DNA of 64,000 nucleotides from an uncultured Bacteriovoracaceae bacterium (GCA_964400685.1 CAYNVT010000001.1:41845-105844), one strand, 5' to 3'. Numbered from the stretch's first letter, positions 29,720 through 40,486 are shown. Notes: generated by a model from the letters alone, not told the origin. Numbers and translations: made by a program.

Positions 29720-30519
29720 TATTCACCTCCCTCTTTCTTCTCGTGAACTTCATGTGGTCCCTTGAGCAGGTAGTGTATCAGTGCTGCTCCGGCTACACCG
29801 CCTATTCCGAGAAGGGTAAACGGCTTGAAAAGGTTCTTCCAGATGAGCAGAGAGAGAGGCATTCTCGGATTGGGATTCATATCCTTCATATCTTTAATCG
29901 CTACATCTTTGGGGAATATGAAAAGCATGTTGGTTTCATACTTCGGGTTGGATGGATAGATATAACCTTCTATTTGCTCGATCCTTTTCTCAGCCTTTTT
30001 GAGCATCTCATCTCTCAATCCGAACTGGAGCGCGCCTGTACAGCATGAGGTTACACAAGCGGGTTTCATGCCGTCGGTTATCCTGTCATAGCACAGCGTG
30101 CATTTGGAGACCTTTTCCTTTTTCTTGTCGTACTTCGGAACCTCAAACGGGCATGCGACTGCGCACGAACGGCAGCCGATGCAGAATTCATCATTGTGAA
30201 TAACCGCACCCTCTGGTGTTTTTACCAGTGCTCCGGGAGACGGGCAGGCCTTTACGCATGCAGGGTCTTCGCAGTGCATGCAGGCGTCGTGCCTCATGAG
30301 GAATTTTAACCCGTTTTCTTTTTCAAGTTCATAGAACCTGATCAGTGTATATGTATCATAATCAAGGTCAGGCGGGTTCTGCAGAGAACCGGTGCACACT
30401 GTTTTTACCGCCGGAAGACCGTTCCAGTTTTTGCAGGCAACCTGGCAGCCCCTGCAACCCGTGCATTTCGTCACATCGACCAGTTTGATATATTTTGAAT
30501 GATTTTCAGTCTTTGTCAT
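29719..30519 (-). CDS. fdnH: formate dehydrogenase iron-sulfur (beta) subunit
   Basis: Four ferredoxin-type Cys clusters and a C-terminal TM helix. Confidence 0.85.
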   Translation of the reverse strand: MTKTENHSKYIKLVDVTKCTGCRGCQVACKNWNGLPAVKTVCTGSLQNPPDLDYDTYTLIRFYELEKENGLKFLMRHDACMHCEDPACVKACPSPGALVKTPEGAVIHNDEFCIGCRSCAVACPFEVPKYDKKKEKVSKCTLCYDRITDGMKPACVTSCCTGALQFGLRDEMLKKAEKRIEQIEGYIYPSNPKYETNMLFIFPKDVAIKDMKDMNPNPRMPLSLLIWKNLFKPFTLLGIGGVAGAALIHYLLKGPHEVHEKKEGGE

Positions 30520-30529
30520 GGCTTACCCC

Positions 30530-33500
30530 CTATTTCACTTTCTCAATGTTTACCAGGAATGCCTTGTATTCCGGTATCATCGTGTTAGCGTCACCAATAA
30601 ACGGGGTCAGGTCATTCATATTGCCGCCTGTCACCACTCCCTTATATCCGAAATGCCAGGTTGTGCCGACCATGTGATGAATCTGGCCGTCAATGGTAAA
30701 TGGCTTCAAACGCTTTGTAACCATTGCTACAGCTTCAACGCCTTCAACATTTCTGATAGAAACCAGCTTGACTTTGTCGCCATTTTTAATGCCCCGTTCC
30801 TTTGCCAGCTCTTCGCTTAATTCAACAAACTGATTTGGAATCATCTCGCAGAGCCATGGCAACCACCTTGTCATCTGTCCGGTCTGCCAGTGTTCTACGA
30901 CACGGTAGGTAGAACAGATAAGCGGGAAGTTTTTGGAATCAGGATTATTTATTGTTGCCGCTATACAGCCTTCGACGATGAAAGGATCGCACTGTTCCTT
31001 TAAAACTTCTTCGTCGAAGCGTTTTATTACCGGGTTCCATTGATATTTTGACATCATGTTTTTAACCGGTGACTCAAGCGGTTCATAATGTTCAGGGAAC
31101 GGGCCGTCCTTCATTCCGGCTGCGAACAGCATGCCATGTCCATGTGAATTCATGATGAACGGATATTTCTCGCCAGGTTTGCTGGCACCGTCTGAAATAT
31201 CTCCAGCCCATGCCCCTTTGAGAGCGTTCCACCATATGACCGGCTTGTCTTTCGCCCATGGCTTGCCTTCAAGGTTGACGCTGGCAAGATTGTAAACAAT
31301 CCTTCTGTTGACCGGCCATGCCCATGACCAGTTGTGGAACATGCCAAGCCCTGTCGGGTCAGCCGGATCGCGCCTCATCATCAGGTTGTCCTTGTCATTA
31401 ACAGAATTGCAGTATACCCAGCAGCCGCTGCATGTCGAACCGTCATCCTGAAGTAGCGCAAAGGATGGAACCATGTCTCCAGCCTTGAATTTCTTTATTT
31501 CTTTTGTCTTGGCGTCTTCGATTTCCTTGTCAGTCACGAAATAGCCATTGATCTCTTTAGCAACTTCTCTCGGGGACGGTTTTTCGGCAAGCGCGCCATA
31601 CTTCCATGTGAGGTTCAGTATCGGGTCGGGGAATGCCCCGCCTTCTTCCTTGTAAAGCTTTTTGAGCCTTAAAACGAGCTGGTTGATTATCCACAGGTCG
31701 TCTTCGGAATGTCCGATCGGGTCAATGGCCTTATATCGCCACTGCGCCCAGCGGCCCGAATTGGATACAGAACCCTCTTTTTCAACAGAAGAGCATGCGG
31801 GAAGCAGGAAGACTTCGGTCTTTATTTCTGCAGGATCAACACCTGCCTCTTTCTGCCAGAATGCTGAGGTTTCGGTTTCCCAGAGGTCAACCGCGACAAA
31901 CCAGTCAAGCTTGGAAAGCGCCCTGCGAACCATTTTTGAGCTTGGAGCGCCAACAGCGGGATTCATTCCCCAAGCCATAAGACCTTTAATTTTTCCCCTG
32001 GCCATTGTATTGAACATGGGGAGATATGAATAATTCTTTCCGTCGTCGATCTTTGGAAGATATCCATAGGCTGTTTCAAGGTCTGCATCCCGCCACCATG
32101 CCTTCATGAGGCTTGCCAGGTATTTGGGACGGTTGCCCCACCAGTTTATGCTCTTCGGATCTGAATTCTTGGGTGTATTTTTTTCATTGTATGCTGCAAT
32201 TGTATTCAGGCTTGCAGTGGGATATGGCAGATATCCGGGAAGTATGTGGAACAATGCGCCATGGTCGGTCGAGCCCTGAACATTGCTTTCTCCGCGCAGC
32301 GCATTTATGCCGCCCCCAGCTACACCGATATTTCCCAACAGCAACTGCAGGACAGCAAATATCCTTACATTCTGCGAGCCGTATGTATGCTGTGTTGTTC
32401 CCATTGCATACATTATTGTACCGGATTTTTCAGGTTTGAACGTAGAAGTGTATGCATCACAGACAGCTTCATACTGTTTAGGGTCGGTTCCGGTAATAGA
32501 ACAGACTTTTTCCGGTGTGTAGCGGGCATAATGCTTCTTGAGCTGCTGGAATACGCACATGGGGTCCTGCATTGTAAGGTCCTGTTTTGGTATGCCGTTT
32601 TCATCGACCTGATATTTCCATGTGTCAGTATTGTATTTGGAGCCTTCCAGCCCTGAAAATGCACCATCGAGATCGGTAGCGCCTTTGAAGTCAGGGTTAA
32701 CAAGGAATGTCGCATCAGTATAGTTCTTTACATACTCTTCCTGAACTCTGTTCTTTGAAAGTGCGTAGTTTATCATACCGCCAAGGAATGCTATGTCGGT
32801 TCCCGGCCTTAATCGTGCATAGATATCTGCAGTTGCAGACGTTCTGGTAAATCTGGGATCAACGCTTATTAATTTGGCGCCACGTTTGGCCCTGGCTTCA
32901 TTTACCCATTTAAATGAAATCGGATGGTTTTCTGCTGCATTTGAACCCATTATAAGGATTGCATCTGAATGCTGCAGGTCTATCCAGTGGTTTGTCATTA
33001 CACCGCGTCCGAATGATGCCGCCAGACCGGCGACGGTGGCGCTGTGTCAGATACGGGCCTGGTGTTCAACATATACCAGGCCTAAAGAACGGTTGAATTT
33101 TGTAAGACTGTAAACTTCTTCATTGTCGAGGGCTGCGCCGCCGATTGCTGCCATGGCATCGGTCCTGTTTACCACTTCACCCTTGTCGTTCTGAAGTGTG
33201 AATGTTTCATCACGAAGCTTTTTGATTTTCCTTGCTATATTGTCCAATGCCCAGTCCCATTCAACTTCCTGCCACTTGTCAGCGCCGGGAGCCCTGTACT
33301 GAACCTTTGACAATCGTTTGTCATTGTTTGCAATCTGGTAAAGTGCCGCACCTTTTGCGCAGAGCGAGCCTTTGTTTATAGGGTGATCAGGATCACCTTC
33401 AGTACCGATAACCTTGCCGTTGCTGACCTGTGCAATAATTCCGCATCCGACGCCGCAATAAGGGCAGATGGTAGTTACTTCCTTTGCATAGCGGATTTTT

Positions 33501-33604
33501 TTCGGCTGGGCCAGAACAGGCTGTACGCCTATGCTGACGCCGATTCCCGCTGCTGCAAGGCTACCGCCGGAAAGTTTAAGGAAACCCCTTCTGGTAAGTT
33601 CCAT
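30530..33604 (-). CDS. fdnG: formate dehydrogenase alpha subunit, selenocysteine-containing, Tat-exported (in-frame UGA at 33047-33049)
   Basis: ORF-track entries 33047..33604 and 30530..32998 are in the same frame, separated only by TGA. The sequence reads ...VEHQARI-U-HSATVAGLAASFGRG..., matching the FdnG selenocysteine (Sec) context. The N-terminus has a Tat signal, RRGFLK. Confidence 0.9.
33000..33046 (-). other. putative bacterial SECIS stem-loop immediately 3' of the fdnG UGA
   Basis: The mRNA reads UGA CAC AGC GCC ACC GUC GCC GGU CUG GCG GCA UC.... A UCGCC/GGCGG stem with a GGUC(U) apical loop lies ~20 nt after the UGA, resembling the E. coli fdhF SECIS geometry. Confidence 0.4.
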
Positions 33605-33679
33605 GCAACCTCTCCTATTTGTTTTTTTTGGGACTGAACCACGTTATTCAATAATTCAAGTTAAATCAAGCGGAATGAA

Positions 33680-33732
33680 TTATGCACAAACATGCATAAC
33701 TAATTGATTATATTATGCAATATGGTGCATAA
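33680..33732. promoter_or_regulatory. two perfect palindromes TTATGCA-N6-TGCATAA (33680-33699 and 33713-33732), 33 bp centre-to-centre, in the fdnG/fdhE divergent control region
   Basis: Read directly from the sequence: ttatgcaCAAACAtgcataa and ttatgcaATATGGtgcataa. Confidence 0.55.
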
Positions 33733-33778
33733 AATTACCTGTATGATGCTTGACTTGACGTGGTATCTAACCTAATGT

Positions 33779-34495
33779 GTGCAAATGGACTGGGAACTGA
33801 TATTGAAAACATATCCTGATGACAGGGAAGGAATTCTTAAGGCAAAAGGCCTTTATGAAAGCATAACATCCGCCTGCGAAAATTTCATGATCCCTGCAAT
33901 AGATACTGCTAAAATTTCCGATGGAGATTTTCAGCAGCTTGTGCCCCTTCTGGCAGAGATCTGCTCAAAGGCATGGGAGAAACATTTTAAAGCAAAGCCT
34001 GCTTTTGATATGATATCCGCCGCCGACGCTTTTATCTGGGGCGGCAGCATCAATGTGCCTGAATCAGACAGCGCCGCAATCGGTGCTCTTCTGAATAATG
34101 CACTCAGGGCAGTTCTGAGAAGGTTGAGAGAATCATCCCGCGAACCTGGAAAGCCCGAAAATTATTCAGGAAGATGCGCATTCTGCGGCACGCATGCGCG
34201 CATAGCTTTTGACGAGGAGTCGCAGCGGGTTCTTCACTGTCCACTCTGCGATTTTTCATGGAGATTTCCCAGAATCCGGTGCACCTATTGCGGGAATACC
34301 GACCATGAAAAGCTAGGCTTTTTCGAGGCTGAAGGCATTGATGGAGCAAGGATTTATTTCTGCAGGGCGTGCAGCTGTTTTATCAAGGTTATTGATGCAA
34401 AGAATAAAATATCACCCGATGCGGAAACGATTGATGCAATAACGCTGGAACTGGACGAACTTGCGAAAGAAGAAGGCTTTGTCCCTGTTCCCTGA
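33779..34495 (+). CDS. fdhE: formate dehydrogenase accessory protein FdhE
   Basis: Four CxxC pairs (CAFCG, CPLCD, CTYCG, CRAC) in an FdhE arrangement. There is no obvious Shine-Dalgarno sequence. Confidence 0.8.
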   Translation: MQMDWELILKTYPDDREGILKAKGLYESITSACENFMIPAIDTAKISDGDFQQLVPLLAEICSKAWEKHFKAKPAFDMISAADAFIWGGSINVPESDSAAIGALLNNALRAVLRRLRESSREPGKPENYSGRCAFCGTHARIAFDEESQRVLHCPLCDFSWRFPRIRCTYCGNTDHEKLGFFEAEGIDGARIYFCRACSCFIKVIDAKNKISPDAETIDAITLELDELAKEEGFVPVP

Positions 34496-34583
34496 AATAA
34501 TTTCTGCTTGTCGATTAACCTGGAAACCTTATAATGATTGATATCATCCTTCAACATGATTTAACTTAAAATGAGGAGCCATC

Positions 34584-35474
34584 ATGATTTTTAGTTCTCC
34601 CGGAATAATAACCGATCGTATAACGCTTCTGGGCCGAAGGGAATCGTGCACTTATCTTCTTGATGGCGGTACTGAGTATGCGATCCTGGGCGGCGGAATG
34701 ACCTATATAGTCCCTGATGTCGAAAAACAGATTGCCGAATCAGGGATCGACGAGAGGAAAATAAGCCGCCTTGTCATCCATCATGTGGGCATTATCCCTT
34801 ATTTCAAAAAGAAATGGCCTTGGGCAAGGGTGACGGCATCAGCCAGAGGGGCCGGACAGCTTGCCAGGCCAGTAGTTATTGAAGCGATTAAGAACATCAA
34901 TTTCATGCTCCTCTCGAACGCCGGATTGTCGGATAGAGCAGATGAGCTTGGATATGATTTTGACAGCATATCGGTTGACGACACTCCGATAGATGGAGAA
35001 ACGAGAAAAATCGGGGACCTTACACTTCAATTCATGATGGTGCCCGGTCACAGTACATGCTCGATGGCGGTTTATGTGCCTGAGCTGAAGGCGCTTTTCG
35101 CTTCCGACGCAGGGGGTATTCCATTCGAGGGGCAGGTCTTTGCTGCGGCAAACTCTAATTTTGACCTGTATCAAGCCAGCCTTGATAGGATGGCAGGCTA
35201 TGATGTGGATTTTCACGGGGCGGAACATTACGGTGCTTTCACTGGTGATGATGCAAGGTCATTTATTCCGAAATCGATCGATGCGGCAATTGAGACCCGG
35301 AAAATGATAGAGGATTCATTAAAAAGAACAAACAGCGCGGGGTTGACGTCAGAAGAGATAACCGGCTGGATGGCGGAAAATGCTGGCGAATATTTTCTGC
35401 CGATGGACGTTCTGAAAATGGTAGTCGACCAGATGACAGGCTGGCTTGCAAAGAATATGAAGATTCAACCATAA
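34584..35474 (+). CDS. metallo-beta-lactamase (MBL)-fold metallo-hydrolase (tentative)
   Basis: 296 aa with VIHHVG and VPGHSTCS motifs. Confidence 0.45.
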   Translation: MIFSSPGIITDRITLLGRRESCTYLLDGGTEYAILGGGMTYIVPDVEKQIAESGIDERKISRLVIHHVGIIPYFKKKWPWARVTASARGAGQLARPVVIEAIKNINFMLLSNAGLSDRADELGYDFDSISVDDTPIDGETRKIGDLTLQFMMVPGHSTCSMAVYVPELKALFASDAGGIPFEGQVFAAANSNFDLYQASLDRMAGYDVDFHGAEHYGAFTGDDARSFIPKSIDAAIETRKMIEDSLKRTNSAGLTSEEITGWMAENAGEYFLPMDVLKMVVDQMTGWLAKNMKIQP

Positions 35475-35487
35475 CGGAGGATTTCAA

Positions 35488-36507
35488 ATGAAAGATATCC
35501 TGATGACTATCGAACGGCATATAATTGAAGAGCAGAGGCTTTACGGCGGAACTGGTGATTTCAGTTCGGTGTTGACCCAGATAGTCCTGGCTGCAAAGGT
35601 CGTTTCCGCCCAGGTCTCACAGGCAGGTCTTGCGGAAAATATCCTGGGCTCGGCAGGAGCCAGGAATATAACCGGCGACGAACAGCAGAAGCTCGATGTA
35701 TTTGCCGACAGGGCTTTTATTAACGCCCTGAGCTATATCGGAAAGGTATGCGTCATGGCTTCCGAGGAAGATGACGGCATCGTACTTATTCCTGAAGGTT
35801 ATCCGAAGGGTGAATATGTTGTGATGTTCGATCCCCTTGACGGGTCGTCGAATATCGATGTGAATGTTTCCATAGGTACGATTTTTTCAATATATAAAAG
35901 GATAACGGAGGAAGGCGACGGAACCCTCGAGGATTGCCTGCAGCCCGGATACAAGCAGTTCGGTGCTGGTTATGTAATGTATTCAAGTTCGACGGTGATG
36001 GTCTATTCGACGGGTAACGGGGTCAACGGCTTCACCCTTGATCCCAGTGTGGGAGAGTTCGTGCTTTCGCATCCGAATATAAAGATACCATCACGGGGAA
36101 AGATTTACAGTGTTAATGAGTCCTACTATAACTACTGGAAGAAAGGCACCAGGGCATACATCGATCATATAAAGACCGACAAAACTCATATGAAAAAACC
36201 ATATTCTTCAAGATACATCGGATCACTGGTTGCCGATTTTCACAGGAACCTCTTAAAGGGCGGCATATTCCTTTATCCCGAAGACAGCATGGACCCGAAA
36301 AAGACAACCGGAAAACTCAGGCTTCTTTATGAGGCTAACCCGCTTGCGTTTATTGCCGAACATGCGGGCGGGTATGCAAGCACGGGTTATGAGCGCATCC
36401 TTGATATAGTGCCCTCCAAGCTGCATCAGAGGGTGCCCTTGATTATAGGTTCCAAAGAGGATGTACTTGAGTACGAAGAGTTTGCAAAAGACAATAATAT
36501 GGAGTAA
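35488..36507 (+). CDS. fbp: fructose-1,6-bisphosphatase class 1
   Basis: 339 aa with FBPase I conserved blocks (DPLDGSSN, GTIFSIY). Confidence 0.9.
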   Translation: MKDILMTIERHIIEEQRLYGGTGDFSSVLTQIVLAAKVVSAQVSQAGLAENILGSAGARNITGDEQQKLDVFADRAFINALSYIGKVCVMASEEDDGIVLIPEGYPKGEYVVMFDPLDGSSNIDVNVSIGTIFSIYKRITEEGDGTLEDCLQPGYKQFGAGYVMYSSSTVMVYSTGNGVNGFTLDPSVGEFVLSHPNIKIPSRGKIYSVNESYYNYWKKGTRAYIDHIKTDKTHMKKPYSSRYIGSLVADFHRNLLKGGIFLYPEDSMDPKKTTGKLRLLYEANPLAFIAEHAGGYASTGYERILDIVPSKLHQRVPLIIGSKEDVLEYEEFAKDNNME

Positions 36508-36541
36508 TCGCAGACAATTAAAATTCAAGGGAGGATGAAAT

Positions 36542-37810
36542 ATGAGCTACGAAGCTGATTATGCAAAGGCCCTTCAGATAGGCAGACCACCCAATGTCAG
36601 GAAGCTTTTTCCGAATTCGAAGGCGCTTATTGTCAGCGGCAAGGTGATCGACCGAGCAATGAGGGCGAAAGGGCATGCAATGACTATTGCAGCCAACGGC
36701 AGGAGCACAACAGTTATCCGAGGAACACTCAAGGCTGCCCAGAAAGCCAATGCAGCCGTTATAATCGAGATAGCAAAATCAGAGAGCAATTACTGCCATG
36801 TCGGGTTGTGGAACATTGCAAGATATGTGGACTCTTTCTGCAACGAACTTGGGATAACGGTGCCTGTCGCAGTTCATGCTGACCACTTCGGTATCACGAA
36901 TGCCGCCGAACTAGAGAAGGCGAAGACCGATATACCGTCCATCTTCGATGAGGGCATTACATCGATTGCAATCGACGCTTCGCACATGCCTGAAGATGAA
37001 AACCTGCTCGCAAACATCGAAATCAGCAAATATATCCCGTCATGGGCCGGATATGAAACAGAGGTCGGCGAAATCAAAGGGGTGGCCGGACTCTCGACAC
37101 CTGAAGAGGCCCTGTTCCTGATTCAGGGTTTGAATGCACATAAGATTTTTCCTGACTGGATAGCGCTTAATAACGGCACGACCCATGGCATCGAGGAAAG
37201 CGACGCAGGCATTCAGGTAGAACTGACCGCCGAGATTCACAAGGCCATTGAAAAATACGGATTATCCGGGGCGCAGCACGGCACGTCAGGAAACAGCAAT
37301 GTGAGGCTCAAAAAAATAGCTGCCGAGACTCATACCACAAAGGCGAATGTGGCGACAGCCCTGCAAATGCTTTCCTGGGGAGTCAAGGTGAATGAATTCG
37401 GCAATGCTATACTGGATGCCGATAAGAACCTTCTCAAGCTGGAATGCACAGGCATGGACGATAAGCTGTGGTCTGAAATGGTTTCATATGCAAAGGACAA
37501 AGGTCTGAAGGCTGGTGATTTTAAAAAGCTCAATCTTCCTTTCGAAAACAAGATACTTGCTCAAACCCCTGAAGTCAGAGAGCGCATGGAAAAGGCAGTG
37601 GAAGATTTTGTTTATGACCTGCTGGTAAACGTCTTTAATGCAAAAGACACGGCGCCTCTTGCAGTTGAGGCAATACTCAAGGCCGGTTCCTATGACCTTG
37701 GCCCAAAAGGGACGCCGATCGACAATGTCTCCGACTGGACGGTTGAAAAGATAAAATCTAAAGGCAAGGAGAAAACCGACGACAGCCCTGCAGGGAAATA
37801 CGACGACTGA
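36542..37810 (+). CDS. class II fructose-bisphosphate aldolase family protein (long form)
   Basis: 422 aa with the HADH metal site and a class-II aldolase TIM barrel. Confidence 0.7.
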   Translation: MSYEADYAKALQIGRPPNVRKLFPNSKALIVSGKVIDRAMRAKGHAMTIAANGRSTTVIRGTLKAAQKANAAVIIEIAKSESNYCHVGLWNIARYVDSFCNELGITVPVAVHADHFGITNAAELEKAKTDIPSIFDEGITSIAIDASHMPEDENLLANIEISKYIPSWAGYETEVGEIKGVAGLSTPEEALFLIQGLNAHKIFPDWIALNNGTTHGIEESDAGIQVELTAEIHKAIEKYGLSGAQHGTSGNSNVRLKKIAAETHTTKANVATALQMLSWGVKVNEFGNAILDADKNLLKLECTGMDDKLWSEMVSYAKDKGLKAGDFKKLNLPFENKILAQTPEVRERMEKAVEDFVYDLLVNVFNAKDTAPLAVEAILKAGSYDLGPKGTPIDNVSDWTVEKIKSKGKEKTDDSPAGKYDD

Positions 37811-37910
37811 TGTCTGTTTTAAGCAAATAGAGCTTATCAACGAAAGGCCATGAAACAATCATGGCCTTTCGTTATATAATTGCTCCACTATAAGTTTTTT
37901 GAAGTTTCCT

Positions 37911-39029
37911 CTACTTGAGAATATCCGTTAAAGCACTGGTTAATCGCTCAATGTTTACTTTTCGGGCTGCGTGCCCCATAACACCTATTCTCCATATTTT
38001 TCCGGCCAGCGGCCCTAATCCGGCGCCGATCTCGATCTTGTAATCCTGAAGAAGCTTTTTCCTTACCATCGCCTCCTCCACACCATCAGGAACCGTGACG
38101 GCATTCAACATCGGCAGTCGATATTCATTTTCAACAAGCATTGTCAGTCCAAGCTGCTCAAGTGACCGGACCAGAGCAAGGTGATTATCCATGTGTCTTG
38201 CATAAACATTATCCAGCCCCTCATCCAGGATGTTTGCCAGGCACTGGTAAAGTCCATAGAGCATGTTAACCGGAGCAGTATGGTGATAGACTCTTGAACT
38301 GCCCTCCCAGTAATTAATGATCATTGTAAGGTCAAGATACCAGTTGGGGACCTTCTTTTTACGGTTTTTCAGTTTCTCCACCGCTCTTTCTGAAAATGTG
38401 ATGGGAGAAAGTCCGGGAGGACAAGAAAGACATTTCTGTGTTCCGCTGTACATGGCGTCCACGTGCCAGGAATCAGCTTCAACTGCTATTCCGCCAAGAC
38501 TTGTAACAGTATCCACAAGGTAAAGGGCATCCTTGCCTTTGAGTAGTCCTGAAATTTCAGCTACGGGATTATTTACGCCAGTGGATGTTTCAGCATGGAC
38601 GATTCCCACAAGAGAGTAATCCTTTTTATCGAGCTGTTCCTTCACCTTCGCCGGTTCAACAGGTGTTCCCCATTCAAACTCAACAACATCGACACATGCC
38701 CCGAGGCGGCAAGCTACATCCGCCATCCTCATCCCAAAGACACCATTTATTAAAATCAGTACATCATCACCAGGCTCAACAAGATTGACGAAACAAGTCT
38801 CCATACCGGCAGATCCCGTTCCAGAAACAGGGATTGTCAGTCTATTCTTTGTATTCATGACGTTTTGAAGCATTTCCTTGATCTCGTTCATAATGCTGAT
38901 GAATTTAGGGTCGAGATGCCCGATAGTCGGCTTCGAAAGTGCCAGATATACCTCCGGATATACACAAGAGGGACCCGGTCCCATCAATAATACTTCTTCT
39001 ATTGTATCGAGTTGATTTTTCATATTCAC
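37911..39029 (-). CDS. class V aminotransferase (serine-pyruvate / alanine-glyoxylate aminotransferase family)
   Basis: 372 aa; LLMGPGPS N-terminus and a PLP fold. Confidence 0.8.
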   Translation of the reverse strand: MNMKNQLDTIEEVLLMGPGPSCVYPEVYLALSKPTIGHLDPKFISIMNEIKEMLQNVMNTKNRLTIPVSGTGSAGMETCFVNLVEPGDDVLILINGVFGMRMADVACRLGACVDVVEFEWGTPVEPAKVKEQLDKKDYSLVGIVHAETSTGVNNPVAEISGLLKGKDALYLVDTVTSLGGIAVEADSWHVDAMYSGTQKCLSCPPGLSPITFSERAVEKLKNRKKKVPNWYLDLTMIINYWEGSSRVYHHTAPVNMLYGLYQCLANILDEGLDNVYARHMDNHLALVRSLEQLGLTMLVENEYRLPMLNAVTVPDGVEEAMVRKKLLQDYKIEIGAGLGPLAGKIWRIGVMGHAARKVNIERLTSALTDILK

Positions 39030-39040
39030 ACCTCTCAGGA

Positions 39041-40447
39041 CTATAAAATATTCTTAATTGATTCTTCGTCGTACTCTTTTCCTTCGTTCTTCAATCTGAT
39101 TGCCTGTTTCAGTAATTCATGACGCTTTCGGGTCATGGGAAGGAGATAAGCCCCCAGAACACTGAGGAATAAGAAAAAGGCAACACCTGCGGCATAAAGA
39201 AGCCTGATACCGAAGAGGGCATGTTCTGTTTGCACCTGATCGGGAACATATCCTACCAGGGAGAGTATTATACCGATAAACCATAGAAAAAGGGCCACCG
39301 TGGACTTTCTTGTAAAAGAAATCACACCGAAAAAAAGTCCTTCCCTTCTCTGTCCGAATTTGAATTCATCAACCTCAACTGCGTCGGGAATCATTGACCA
39401 GATGGTCATGGAGATCGACATTACCCCGCCTGAAGCAAGGACCATCATTATATAAAAGGTGATGATCATTGAGGGTTTAACCAGCATTCCGCCAACTGCC
39501 TGTACAATAGCCCAGATCCCTATAAAGATCATATAGGATTCCCGCTTGCCATATCTTGAAGACAGCCAGTTGATAACCGGAATCCATAATATCGTGCAAG
39601 CAAATAGAAAAAGGAAAGCCAGGGATTGCTGCGTATCGTTAAATTTCATGTAATACTTCATAAAGTAGACCATGACAGCAGCAGCCGAACTTAATCCAAC
39701 GCTTCCGGCTGCATAAAGTCCCATAGTATATAAAAAGGTTCGATTTCTTAATGGGCCGGTGAAAACATCCTTTAGTTTAACAGAAACATTTTCAGGGAAA
39801 AGCTCCCTTCCTCTTGTGGCTCGCCATGTAATAAGTATAGGAAAAACAGAGAAAATTCCGAACATCGCGGCCATGAGAGACCATCCACCCCTGTTGCTTC
39901 CCATAATATCCTTACAAAATGTAACCAGTGTCCAGGGTAAGGCTGCAGCCAGAATTGCCGCAATTTGACTGAATGCAGCCCTGAATCCGTTTAAGTTGGT
40001 TCTTTCGTCGTAATCCTGAGTCATCTCCGCCCCAAGTGATGTGTAAGGAATATCAAGGAGGGTGGCGGCAGTATAATACATCATAATGGCAAGGCAGAAA
40101 TAAATTTTCGTGCTGAACTCTCCTAATCCGAAATCAGTAAATAAAAGCCATGTGATCAAACCGAAGGGAACAGCAACGCCCAGCAGAAAGGGACGCCTTC
40201 TTCCCCATTTTGACTTTACGCGGTCTGATAATATGCCTACCATGGGATCGGTCACAGCATCCCAGAGGGTTCCAAGCATCAGTATAAAACCGGCAAAAGC
40301 AGGTGTGATACCAACCACATCAGTAAGATAGAAAAGAAAAATGACGGAAACCATTGTCCAGGTCAAAGTGCTTGAAAGTTCAGCTGAACCATAGCCCAGT
40401 TTAACGTAAAATGGGAGTTTTACGGTATTATCCAAGGCTTTATCCAT
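39041..40447 (-). CDS. glycoside-pentoside-hexuronide (GPH):cation symporter (MelB-like MFS)
   Basis: 468 aa, 12 TM; GPH signature DAVTDPMVGILSDRVKSKWGRRRPF. Confidence 0.8.
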   Translation of the reverse strand: MDKALDNTVKLPFYVKLGYGSAELSSTLTWTMVSVIFLFYLTDVVGITPAFAGFILMLGTLWDAVTDPMVGILSDRVKSKWGRRRPFLLGVAVPFGLITWLLFTDFGLGEFSTKIYFCLAIMMYYTAATLLDIPYTSLGAEMTQDYDERTNLNGFRAAFSQIAAILAAALPWTLVTFCKDIMGSNRGGWSLMAAMFGIFSVFPILITWRATRGRELFPENVSVKLKDVFTGPLRNRTFLYTMGLYAAGSVGLSSAAAVMVYFMKYYMKFNDTQQSLAFLFLFACTILWIPVINWLSSRYGKRESYMIFIGIWAIVQAVGGMLVKPSMIITFYIMMVLASGGVMSISMTIWSMIPDAVEVDEFKFGQRREGLFFGVISFTRKSTVALFLWFIGIILSLVGYVPDQVQTEHALFGIRLLYAAGVAFFLFLSVLGAYLLPMTRKRHELLKQAIRLKNEGKEYDEESIKNIL

Positions 40448-40486
40448 TTTGACAACTCCTTTAATAAAACTGTTATAAGGCTCTAT

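Noticed and set aside
33047-33049. In-frame TGA reading as a premature stop or pseudogene in the formate dehydrogenase alpha subunit
   Set aside because: The flanking sequence is the conserved selenocysteine (Sec) context and both halves are intact and in frame. I read it as Sec, not a disruption.
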